15,782 nucleotides of DNA from Nanohaloarchaea archaeon B1-Br10_U2g21 (GTDB lineage Archaea > Nanohalarchaeota > Nanosalinia > Nanosalinales > Nanosalinaceae). A program made the position numbers and the translations under genes. The stretch is from contig LKMP01000016.1 of the NCBI GenBank assembly GCA_001563915.1, positions 1-15,782 on the forward strand. Direction: 5' to 3'. The notes beneath the pieces are model-generated. The model was not told the origin of the DNA. It was given only the letters and a program-made list of their open reading frames with translations, and did no database searches. Each line of letters begins with the position of its first letter. Position 1 is the first letter of the stretch. This document shows positions 7,010 to 15,375 of this stretch, piece by piece.

Positions 7010-7345
7010 CTAACTATAAGGAGACTGCATAGCCTGAGATATGGACTTCAAGAATGCTGTGTAATGTCTGCCAGAGGAAGTTTCTATTGGGTCAAAACCT
7101 ATAGCTTGGTGCTGCGTATTTAGCATGACTCTAATCTGCAGAGACTGATTATTAACCGTAAGCTCGTAAAGCCTCATATTTTCATCATATGCCTCTTCAG
7201 AAAAAAGCATCTCTAAAGAAACATCTTTGCCGGTATCATCACTGAAATTTTCTTCCGATTTGGATAAGATTTCTTCAGCAGCACTCCAAGAAAGATTTGA
7301 GCTAAAATAATCTCCTAATGTAGAATAACTAGCCATTACTAACAA
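7010..7345 (-). CDS. Hypothetical acidic protein (probable start ATG at 7336)
   Basis: Fills the gap between aRF1 and sufB and has host-like acidic composition. No motif recognised. Confidence 0.7.
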   Translation of the reverse strand: MLVMASYSTLGDYFSSNLSWSAAEEILSKSEENFSDDTGKDVSLEMLFSEEAYDENMRLYELTVNNQSLQIRVMLNTQHQAIGFDPIETSSGRHYTAFLKSISQAMQSPYS

Positions 7346-7430
7346 TTCTTACGATATTAAGATATTTATTGCTTTTTCTCTTTGAAATCAAGAATTTATT
7401 GAGTTCTATATGTTAGAAAAATGCACCACA

Positions 7431-7437
7431 TTTTAAA
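7431..7437 (+). promoter_or_regulatory. Putative TATA box (TTTTAAA) of sufB
   Basis: Lies -30 to -24 from ATG 7461. Confidence 0.5.
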
Positions 7438-7460
7438 GATTCAAATTCGACTTATGACAC

Positions 7461-8861
7461 ATGACTAAAGAAAATATTGATAAGAACCAGGAAAGGTTTG
7501 AACACAGAGTAGACACGAACGAAGGGTATAAAGCGGGAAAAGGACTTACCGAAGATTTGATTAAGGCAATTTCTAAGGATAAAGACGAACCAGAATGGAT
7601 GCTTAAAAGAAGGCTGAAAGCGTTTAGACACTTCGAAAAACGACCGATGCCTAATTGGGGTCCAGACCTATCAGGACTTGACTTTGAAGAAATAACACAT
7701 TACTTAAGGCCTGACGCTGAACAGAGCGATGACTGGAACGAAGTACCTGAAGAAATCAAAGAGACATTTGATAAACTAGGCATACCTGAAGCAGAAAAAG
7801 AGGCCTTGTCAGGCGTAGGAGCCCAGTTTGAGTCACAAGTAGTCTACCAGAACATGAAAGAAGAATGGGAAGAAAAAGGAGTAATATTTTGCGACATGGA
7901 CAAAGCAGTTCAAGAACACCCAGAACTAGTAAAAGAATATTTCATGACTAAGTGTGTGCCTGCACAAGATAACAAGTTTGCAGCACTCCATGGGGCAGTA
8001 TGGAGCGGAGGTAGCTTCGTATATGTGCCGGAAGGTGTAGAAGTCGAGATACCTGTACAGGCTTACTTCAGAATGAACTCAAAAGGAATGGGGCAGTTTG
8101 AACACACATTAATTATTGCTGAGGAAAATAGCCAAATCCACTACATAGAGGGCTGTTCAGCGCCTATGTATACAAGAAATAATTTACACGCAGGATGTGT
8201 AGAGGTTTTTGTCAATGATAATGCTCATGTACAGTATTCTACAGTTCAAAACTGGAGCAAGAACACCTACAATTTAAACACCAAACGAGCTAAAGTACAA
8301 AGCGATGGAGTAATGGAGTGGATCTCAGGATCAATGGGATCTAAGGTTACTATGCTCTATCCTTCTTCACATCTCAATGGAGAAGGTGCACGAGCTAACC
8401 ATATTACGATCGGTTTTGCGGGAGACGGCCAAGATATAGATACAGGAGCAAAAATCGTTCACAATGCTCCAAATACTAAGTCTACCATAGAATCTAAATC
8501 TATTAGTCAAGGAGATGGACGAACTAACTACAGAGGACTAATCAGAATACCTAAGGGTAGTCATGGCAGTAAGACCTCTATTGAATGCGATGCCTTAATG
8601 TTCAGTAAGGAAGCTACGTCAGATACTGAACCATATATTGAAATCAAAGAAGATGATGTTGAAATGGCTCATGAAGCAACAGTCGGAAGAATAGGTGATG
8701 AAGAAATACATTATTTGATGAGCCGAGGTCTTGAAGAGGAAGAAGCCAAGGAAATGATTGTAAGAGGGTTTATTGAACCGATCGCTAAAGAACTGCCAAT
8801 GGAATATGCTGTTGAACTTAACAGACTGATCCAATTGGAAATGGAAGGCAGTCTAGGATAA
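7461..8861 (+). CDS. sufB: Fe-S cluster assembly scaffold SufB
   Basis: KLGIPEAE, FAALHGAVWSGGSFVYVP, GQFEHTLII, YIEGCSAP, YSTVQNWS, DTGAKI, ECDAL, HEATVG, YLMSRGL and C-terminal EYAVELNRLIQLEMEGSLG. Confidence 0.97.
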   Translation: MTKENIDKNQERFEHRVDTNEGYKAGKGLTEDLIKAISKDKDEPEWMLKRRLKAFRHFEKRPMPNWGPDLSGLDFEEITHYLRPDAEQSDDWNEVPEEIKETFDKLGIPEAEKEALSGVGAQFESQVVYQNMKEEWEEKGVIFCDMDKAVQEHPELVKEYFMTKCVPAQDNKFAALHGAVWSGGSFVYVPEGVEVEIPVQAYFRMNSKGMGQFEHTLIIAEENSQIHYIEGCSAPMYTRNNLHAGCVEVFVNDNAHVQYSTVQNWSKNTYNLNTKRAKVQSDGVMEWISGSMGSKVTMLYPSSHLNGEGARANHITIGFAGDGQDIDTGAKIVHNAPNTKSTIESKSISQGDGRTNYRGLIRIPKGSHGSKTSIECDALMFSKEATSDTEPYIEIKEDDVEMAHEATVGRIGDEEIHYLMSRGLEEEEAKEMIVRGFIEPIAKELPMEYAVELNRLIQLEMEGSLG

Positions 8862-9338
8862 GTCTTTTTTGTTTTCTTTTATTAGTTGCTTCAGCTCCAT
8901 ATTGTCTTCTAGCTTAGGAGCAGTCAGTATAACGTTAGTTTCAGTTGATTGAATTCCTTTTGTTTGTTGCAGTTCTTTGAGAAAGGCATTCATGTCTTTT
9001 CGGCCTAGAAATCTGCTTATTACTATCATGTCTGTTTCTCCTGTAACTTCAAAGAAGGAAATCACTCTTGTGTGTGATTTAATTTTGTCTGCAGTCTCAA
9101 CAATCTGTTCTGCTTTAGCTTTTATGGCTATCATGGCAGTAAGTTCAAATCCTATCTTCTCATAATCTACTGAGGTTGTAAAACCAGTTATAATGCCTTT
9201 TTCTTCTAGTTTTTGAACTCTTCCGGCAACAGTAGATGTAGCTAATCCTATTTCATTGGCTATATCGCTGAACGCAGCTCTACCATCTTGCCTGAGAAAC
9301 TCTAAAATCTTTAAATCAGTCTCATCCACAGTAGTCAA
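8853..9338 (-). CDS. Lrp/AsnC (FFRP) family transcriptional regulator
   Basis: DETDLKILEFLRQDGR and an HTH (FSDIANEIGLATSTVAGRVQKLEEKGII), then VDYEKIG and a RAM domain with VTGETD. GTG at 9329 is a plausible alternative start. The 3' end overlaps sufB by 9 nt. Confidence 0.95.
   Translation of the reverse strand: MTTVDETDLKILEFLRQDGRAAFSDIANEIGLATSTVAGRVQKLEEKGIITGFTTSVDYEKIGFELTAMIAIKAKAEQIVETADKIKSHTRVISFFEVTGETDMIVISRFLGRKDMNAFLKELQQTKGIQSTETNVILTAPKLEDNMELKQLIKENKKDLS
8865..8880 (+). terminator. Oligo-T tract after sufB (archaeal-type terminator, inside the antisense Lrp 3' end)
   Basis: TTTTTTGTTTTCTTTT begins 3 nt after the sufB stop. Confidence 0.4.
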
Positions 9339-9362
9339 ATATTATTTTCTAAAACTTAAATA

Positions 9363-9381
9363 TTTCGAATAAGTTTCGAAA
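9363..9381. promoter_or_regulatory. Inverted repeat TTTCGAA-N5-TTCGAAA, candidate Lrp/FFRP operator
   Basis: Perfect 7-bp arms in the divergent Lrp/9418 intergenic region, between the two TATA-like elements. Confidence 0.45.
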
Positions 9382-9417
9382 CCTATGTATTTAAACTCTA
9401 AATATTTCTGAATAGGC

Positions 9418-9774
9418 ATGGACTTACACAATGAAATGGCCTTTGAAGACGATTTAAACCTTGATTTTCCTACTTATGCGAGACACTTCGTAGCAAACGA
9501 AGAAAGATATACCGAGGAAGGATTCTATTTCTATCAAATTCAGACAGGCCTTGAAGAATCTCCGAGAGCAAGTGAAGTAGTAGAAGATTTAGAAACTCTA
9601 GTTGAAGCCGGTATTCTTGAAAAAGATGAAGTAGATATATCATCTAAATTCCCAGATCAATACGTGTTAGCACATGATGAAGAAACAACAATAATGCAGA
9701 ACTATGCCGAAAAGACTCGTGAATGGACGGAAGAATACATTGAATCATTGAGATATGCTATTCCGAGAATATAA
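9418..9774 (+). CDS. Hypothetical acidic protein, possible winged-helix fold
   Basis: TATA TTTAAA at 9390-9395. SEVVEDLETLVEAGILEK...QYVL resembles a wHTH recognition helix plus wing. Confidence 0.7.
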   Translation: MDLHNEMAFEDDLNLDFPTYARHFVANEERYTEEGFYFYQIQTGLEESPRASEVVEDLETLVEAGILEKDEVDISSKFPDQYVLAHDEETTIMQNYAEKTREWTEEYIESLRYAIPRI

Positions 9775-9833
9775 GTCTTAAGGGTTGGTAAGGGTAATGC
9801 GTTTTTATGATTTAACTAAGAAATACTAATTTC

Positions 9834-10916
9834 ATGTTGCATCAAAAAATATCGGAAAGAGCCTCACAACTATTTAGAGAATTAGAAGGTCCTGAAAGTA
9901 TCAGGACACCGGGAAGAACATGGACACGATTCCCAAAAGTTGAATTAGAAGAAACAGAAAGTTACACGCCTGAAATAAGCGAGAATGGTGATGTAGAAGT
10001 ATTCACAGGAGAAGAAGCAGTAGAAGAAGCTGGCGATAAATTAATGGATGCAGTAAAACTTGAAGAGAATTGGCTGACAGCGCTACACGCCGCATCGATG
10101 AACTCCATAGTTTTTGTCAAGGCCTCAGGCAGTTCAAAAGTAAATGTTACCTACAAAAATGATGGGAGGCTACACTCACACATAGTTGCAGTTTTAGAGG
10201 AAGGCGCTGAACTTTCTCTAGTGGAAGAGTTCCGAGGATCCTCAGACGTGGATACTTCAATTGATGAATTCTACGTTGGAAAAAACGCCAATCTGGAGTA
10301 TGGGGCCATCGAATCCTCAGATACAGAAGTAAGGTACTCTGTTAGGAAAGCAATTCTAGACAGAGACTCTCACATCAACTGGTTGAACGGAATATTCAAT
10401 GGAAAACTTTCAAAGACTCGTGTCGAAACAGTTCTAAAAGGGGATAACTCCTCAACAGAAAAAACTGGAGTATGGTATCCTATAGAGGATCAACATTTTG
10501 ACATCTCACTAAAGACATACCATATTGGAGAGTATACAAAATGCGACATGGACTCCAGAGCAGTAGTTGACGATACTTCAAGATCTCTGTATGAAGGATT
10601 ACAAAAAGTAAAAGAATCTGCTGAGAATACAAAGAGTTTCCAAGATCAAGAAACACTTCTTCTATCTGATAAAGCGGAGGCAGATGCATCGCCAAAACTA
10701 ATGATTGAAAATCCTGAAGTTGAAGCATCACACGCTGCAGCAGCAGGAAATATACAGGAAGAAAAAAGACATTATCTTGAATCTAGAGGACTTTCAGAGA
10801 AAGCAGCAGAAAGACTAGTTGTAAAAGGATACTTTGAACCGGTCATGGAGAATATTGATAACCTAGGTTTAAAGGAAAAGATTAGAGAAGAAGTACAGAA
10901 AAAGATTGAGCACTAA
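9834..10916 (+). CDS. sufD: Fe-S cluster assembly protein SufD
   Basis: SufBD beta-helix family, with LLLSDKAEADASPKLMIENPEVEASHAA, YLESRGL and LVVKGYF. Confidence 0.92.
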   Translation: MLHQKISERASQLFRELEGPESIRTPGRTWTRFPKVELEETESYTPEISENGDVEVFTGEEAVEEAGDKLMDAVKLEENWLTALHAASMNSIVFVKASGSSKVNVTYKNDGRLHSHIVAVLEEGAELSLVEEFRGSSDVDTSIDEFYVGKNANLEYGAIESSDTEVRYSVRKAILDRDSHINWLNGIFNGKLSKTRVETVLKGDNSSTEKTGVWYPIEDQHFDISLKTYHIGEYTKCDMDSRAVVDDTSRSLYEGLQKVKESAENTKSFQDQETLLLSDKAEADASPKLMIENPEVEASHAAAAGNIQEEKRHYLESRGLSEKAAERLVVKGYFEPVMENIDNLGLKEKIREEVQKKIEH

Positions 10917-10926
10917 GAATTTTCCA

Positions 10927-12147
10927 CTACTTTTTTAGTTCTGATAATTTTGCCTTCATTAAAGGTATTCTCATCTCCTCTTCATGTAGGCCTCCATGAA
11001 CTCCTATGTCTTCTAATTCGCTAGTTTCTCCCCAGTGGAGTTTTTCTTTATCAGATATAATTACTATATCTCCTGCACGTTTGTCAAAGTCTTCTGCTTT
11101 TTCCCCTTGCCCAAAGTACCCTTCTTCCAGAGCTTCTTCTGTTTTAAGGACCTTTGCATCTAATTTTTGATTTAAGAACCGGTAGATATCATTCACTCTA
11201 CCATCTTTTACATGTAGAAAAACAGATCTTCCAGCGTTTCCACTAGGAGTTATAAGCTCTCCATCAATATCGGTTTCAATACACTCTGTTACTTCATCAA
11301 AGCTGAATAAATCTATTTTCTCACCGTGTTTAATCTGCCCATGATCTGCAGTAATCAGAATTAATGTATCCTCAGCTATATCATCGCTTATATTCTCTAC
11401 CAGATTGCGTTTTAAAGCATTTGAAATCATTTCTAACTGATTTGCTTCATCTTCTGTTTTTGGACCTCTAATATGAGCTATAGAATCTATGTCTGCAGTG
11501 TAAGCATAGATATATTTTCTGCCCTTGCGTTCTTCCAAAGTTTTCCTAATCTGTAAAGCCATATCTGCGGTATTGTGATAAGATACTTTTTCTGATCCGT
11601 AGGCGGTCAGTTCAGTATATTCGCCATCAATAATTTCTCTTTTAATTATTGAGAAACAATTTATTCCGTTATCTTTTAGTTTGGGATAAATAGGCTCTCC
11701 TTCAAAAAGCATTCTTGAATCAGCTTCGGTAAACGCTTCTTGAGCCCTTTCTCCGTCTACTGTGATAAAAGGAAGCGTGAAAAGTTTAGAGTCAATCTCT
11801 TCATAATACATTTCCCATCCAAGCAAACCATGCTCTTTTGGAGTTTTACCTGTATTTATACTTGTTAGTGTGGCAGGTGTTGCAGATGGAAACACGCTTG
11901 TAATTGATTCTAAGCCGCCAATATCCCTAATTTCTTCGAAAATTCCTGAAGAAAAATTTTCTAACTGGCTAGTACCTAGACCATCCACTAAAATCAATAT
12001 AACATTCTGGTAGTCTTTCTCAACATCAATAATATCTTCATTTAGTTCTGATAACTCCGAGTCTATATCAAATAGCGAAAATATTGTTCCGGGGATATCA
12101 GCTAGAGATCCGCCATCATAATTGGGAAAAACCATTCTACTCTCCAT
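10927..12147 (-). CDS. Alkaline phosphatase superfamily protein (nucleotide pyrophosphatase/phosphodiesterase-like)
   Basis: LILVDGLG, SVFPSAT (Thr nucleophile region), TGKTPKEHG, DSIAH, TADHG and HGG. Confidence 0.9.
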   Translation of the reverse strand: MESRMVFPNYDGGSLADIPGTIFSLFDIDSELSELNEDIIDVEKDYQNVILILVDGLGTSQLENFSSGIFEEIRDIGGLESITSVFPSATPATLTSINTGKTPKEHGLLGWEMYYEEIDSKLFTLPFITVDGERAQEAFTEADSRMLFEGEPIYPKLKDNGINCFSIIKREIIDGEYTELTAYGSEKVSYHNTADMALQIRKTLEERKGRKYIYAYTADIDSIAHIRGPKTEDEANQLEMISNALKRNLVENISDDIAEDTLILITADHGQIKHGEKIDLFSFDEVTECIETDIDGELITPSGNAGRSVFLHVKDGRVNDIYRFLNQKLDAKVLKTEEALEEGYFGQGEKAEDFDKRAGDIVIISDKEKLHWGETSELEDIGVHGGLHEEEMRIPLMKAKLSELKK

Positions 12148-12172
12148 ATAAAATGTTTATTGAGACCCATCT

Positions 12173-12239
12173 TTTTTTGAATTGCCATAGATTCAAAAAA
12201 TTCTATTTCTAAGATGAACTCTGGAAGAAAACTTAGAAA
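12173..12239. repeat. Two consecutive inverted repeats in a divergent intergenic region
   Basis: TTTTTTGAAT (12173-12182) pairs with ATTCAAAAAA (12191-12200), and TTTCTAAG (12206-12213) pairs with CTTAGAAA (12232-12239). Confidence 0.55.
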
Positions 12240-12270
12240 GAATTAAAAAATAAGCCGTTTCCATATTTTT

Positions 12271-12837
12271 ATGGATGGAAAGAGGTTAGAACACGCAATT
12301 TCGCTTTTAGGATATATTCTGCTTTTCGGAACGGTATTGATAATTCCTGTATACATTTCGACATTTTTACTTACAATCTTAATCGGATATGCTGTAGGCA
12401 TAGACTTTTCAAGCTTTATGCCAATGTCCGCATTCTTAGGTTCATACGTTAGTGTAACTATATTTCTAAATTCGTCTAGAGGCCAAAATATTGTTAAGTC
12501 AATGAAGGATTTAGAGGCAGTTATTATTCCGGCAGGAGGGTTCTTATTTATGGCAGCATCCAGCTTTGTAATGTTAAATTTATTTGGCAGAGAAGTCTGT
12601 GGAGGAGGGCCGTGTATGAACGTCCCTGATTTTGAAAATTATGCTTACCTATTAGGTATAGGCGCATCATACGTCCTCTCCAGTCTAACGGTATATCCTA
12701 GTTTAAAAAGACGAAGGACGAGTTTTAAACTGCTAATACTCTCTGCACACCAAATAGCAATAATTTTTATGTATATATTACTTTCTGGACCTTCGACGTG
12801 GATGGCGCCACTAATTATAGTAGGTTTAATACTCTAA
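12271..12837 (+). CDS. Hypothetical multi-pass membrane protein
   Basis: About 5-6 hydrophobic segments, a CGGGPC loop and TATA TTAAAA at 12243-12248. Confidence 0.8.
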   Translation: MDGKRLEHAISLLGYILLFGTVLIIPVYISTFLLTILIGYAVGIDFSSFMPMSAFLGSYVSVTIFLNSSRGQNIVKSMKDLEAVIIPAGGFLFMAASSFVMLNLFGREVCGGGPCMNVPDFENYAYLLGIGASYVLSSLTVYPSLKRRRTSFKLLILSAHQIAIIFMYILLSGPSTWMAPLIIVGLIL

Positions 12838-12888
12838 AGCCTTGAAGACTAGAGTTCAAATCATAAAATTTCTGGGTAAATAGCAGTT

Positions 12889-14070
12889 ATGGATCCAGAA
12901 AAAATTAGAAAGGACTTCCCTATATTCAGAGAAAGGCCTGACTTTGCTTATTTAGATAACGCAGCCACAACTCAGAAACCGGAGCAGGTAATAGATTCAG
13001 TCTCAAACTTCTACAGAAAAAATAATGCTAATACTGGTCGGGGCCTCTATAAGTTGGCTAATGATGCCACAAAAATCTATGAGGCCTCAAGAGAAAAAGT
13101 CGCAGATTTCATCGGCGCAGAAGCTGGTGAAGTAATATTTGTAAGAAACACTACTGAAGCCGAAAACTTGTTGGCCTCAAGTCTGGAATTTGAAGGGGGT
13201 ATAGTTCTGAGCGAAATGGCGCATCATAGTGAGCAGTTGGCTTGGAGAAGAGAAGCTGGTAAAGAGGGAAAAGAGCTAAAGTATATTGAAACTAAGAATG
13301 GGGAGATTTCTCTAGAAGATGCCGAGATAAAAATAGATCAGAATACGGGAGTGGTTGCAGTTTCTCATATATCCAACGTTTTTGGAGCAAAAAATCCTAT
13401 AGAAGGTATAATAGAGCTTGCGCATGAAAATGGTGCATTAGTAATACTGGATTGTGCGCAGTCAGTACCGCATATGTCTATTGATGTTAAGGAATTGGAT
13501 GTTGACTTTATCGCTTTTTCAGGTCACAAAATGTTAGGGCCGACAGGAGTAGGAGTTTTGTATGGGAAGAAAGATTTACTTAGAGGCTTGAATCCTTATC
13601 AGGTTGGGGGCGGAATGGTAAAATCGGTGAAAAAAGAGAGAGTAAGGTATTCAGATCCTCCTCACAGGTTTGAAGCAGGAACGCAAAATATTGCAGGGGC
13701 AGTAGGATTGTCTGCTGCTATAGATTATATCAAAAAATTAGGTTTGGAAGAAATCCATGCGCATGATCTGCGCTTAACAGGGAAAATCAAAAAAGGCCTT
13801 CGAGAAATTGAAGGCGTAAATGTACTTTCTTCTGAAAAGTCTATCCTCGTGTCTTTTGAAGTCTGTGGCGTGCATCCACACGACGTTGCAGAGGTACTCA
13901 GTCAAAAAAGTGTAGCTGTAAGAGCAGGCAACCATTGCGCACAGCCGCTACATGAGGAACTTGGTATGTCTGGCACAGTAAGGGTTGCGCCTTACATCTA
14001 TAACACTGAAAAGGATGTAGAAAAACTACTAGAAGGAGTAAAAGAGGTGTTAGAAGTCTTTGATGTATAG
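12889..14070 (+). CDS. sufS: Cysteine desulfurase SufS (group II, PLP-dependent)
   Basis: YLDNAATTQKP, SGHKMLGPTG (PLP Lys), FEAGT and RAGNHCAQP (catalytic Cys, group II signature). Confidence 0.96.
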   Translation: MDPEKIRKDFPIFRERPDFAYLDNAATTQKPEQVIDSVSNFYRKNNANTGRGLYKLANDATKIYEASREKVADFIGAEAGEVIFVRNTTEAENLLASSLEFEGGIVLSEMAHHSEQLAWRREAGKEGKELKYIETKNGEISLEDAEIKIDQNTGVVAVSHISNVFGAKNPIEGIIELAHENGALVILDCAQSVPHMSIDVKELDVDFIAFSGHKMLGPTGVGVLYGKKDLLRGLNPYQVGGGMVKSVKKERVRYSDPPHRFEAGTQNIAGAVGLSAAIDYIKKLGLEEIHAHDLRLTGKIKKGLREIEGVNVLSSEKSILVSFEVCGVHPHDVAEVLSQKSVAVRAGNHCAQPLHEELGMSGTVRVAPYIYNTEKDVEKLLEGVKEVLEVFDV

Positions 14071-14419
14071 GGATGAAATACTCGACCTCTATAAAAACCC
14101 GCGGAACTCCGGTAAAATAGAAGCGGCAGACATAGAAGAGAAAGGAGATAATCCTAGCTGTGGAGACAGACTTAAAATCTACGCTGATATAGAAAATGAA
14201 AAATTAAAGGATTTAAAACATGAAACAGATGCATGCGCGATCTGCACAGCTGCTACATCAATACTCACTGAAGAAGCAAAAAGCCTTACAACCAGTGAGC
14301 TAGAGGAGCTAGACGGCGATTGGATCATAGAAAAACTAGGTATTGATATTTCTCCTATGCGCATGAAATGTGCGCTTTTAGGTCTTGAGACATTGAAAAA
14401 AGGATTAGAAAAAGTTTAA
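14063..14419 (+). CDS. sufU: SufU/IscU-family sulfur transfer/scaffold protein
   Basis: MYRDEILDLYKNPRN, NPSCGD, ACAIC and RMKCAL. SD GAGGTG at 14044-14049 favours ATG 14063 (the ORF track starts at TTG 14060). Overlaps the sufS stop. Confidence 0.92.
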   Translation: MYRDEILDLYKNPRNSGKIEAADIEEKGDNPSCGDRLKIYADIENEKLKDLKHETDACAICTAATSILTEEAKSLTTSELEELDGDWIIEKLGIDISPMRMKCALLGLETLKKGLEKV

Positions 14420-14423
14420 CCGT

Positions 14424-14666
14424 TCATTTAGGAATTGATAACTTATAAGTGTCCTTATCTTTTATCTCAGCCACAGATATGGCGTCTAAGGCGTTCCCAG
14501 CTACGGTTATATCATGTAACTCTGAGTCTCTAGATTCTAGTGTTAGATACTGGAAATCTTCGTCCTCTTCTATATCAGCAGAATCAACGCTTATACCATA
14601 ACTTTCAACTTCTTGGATTAACTCATCATAACTTTCTACTCTTGAATCATACATCATGCTTGACAT
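14424..14666 (-). CDS. Small acidic hypothetical protein
   Basis: 80 aa with host-like D/E-rich composition, filling the intergenic space convergent with sufU. Confidence 0.65.
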   Translation of the reverse strand: MSSMMYDSRVESYDELIQEVESYGISVDSADIEEDEDFQYLTLESRDSELHDITVAGNALDAISVAEIKDKDTYKLSIPK

Positions 14667-14787
14667 TTCAATCTGCCTCTGGGAACAACTAGAGGAATGA
14701 TAAAAAATTTAAACCAACTCATTTTCTGAAGTTTAATTAAATAACTCTCCTCATCCAAAAATGAATTATTAGGAGGGTTTTCAAAAC

Positions 14788-15318
14788 ATGAAGGAGCTTA
14801 ACTACTGCTGGCGGTGTGGATCAAAACTCAGCACCAAAAAATATGAGGGACGAGAAAGGTACTATTGCAGTAAATGCGAGGAAATCGTATACAGAAACTC
14901 TGTTCCAGTTGCAGGAGTCTTTGTAGTCAGAAATAGAGAAGTACTTCTAATTAAGAGAGGAGGACAGCCTCATAAAGGAAAATGGAGCTATCCGGCAGGA
15001 TATCTAGAATATGATGAGAAGCCTGAGACAGGAGCAGTTAGGGAGCTGTCAGAAGAAACTGGACTCAACGCTCCTGAAGAAAAATTAGAACTTGTTGCCA
15101 CAATACATCTAGAACACCCTGACAAATATGTTGTAGGAAACGCATATACAGTGAGCTTAGATCTTACTGAGGGCCGTTTAACTCCTGGAGATGATGCTCT
15201 TGATGCAAAATTCTGGACACTTGACGAAATGAGAGAGAACTTAGAAGAAGTAGAGTCAGAGAAAATTATTGATGCTGCAGAAAAGGCGATAAATATGATT
15301 CTAAAGAGCAATAATTGA
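14788..15318 (+). CDS. Nudix hydrolase with N-terminal zinc ribbon (ADP-ribose pyrophosphatase-like)
   Basis: CWRCG...CSKC ribbon and Nudix box GYLEYDEKPETGAVRELSEETGL. SD GGAGG at 14772-14776. Confidence 0.93.
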   Translation: MKELNYCWRCGSKLSTKKYEGRERYYCSKCEEIVYRNSVPVAGVFVVRNREVLLIKRGGQPHKGKWSYPAGYLEYDEKPETGAVRELSEETGLNAPEEKLELVATIHLEHPDKYVVGNAYTVSLDLTEGRLTPGDDALDAKFWTLDEMRENLEEVESEKIIDAAEKAINMILKSNN

Positions 15319-15375
15319 ATATATTATTTTGTTTTATATGAAGTTAATAAGAAAGTTAACATTCACACCAATAAT

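Noticed and set aside
7461-8861. Possible intein in SufB (known from mycobacteria and some archaea)
   Set aside because: The protein is a normal 466 aa with continuous YIEGCSAP and no Hint motifs.
8619-15311. ORFs 8619-8834, 8977-9165, 10480-10731, 14179-14364 and 14988-15311
   Set aside because: All are antisense shadows inside well-supported genes.
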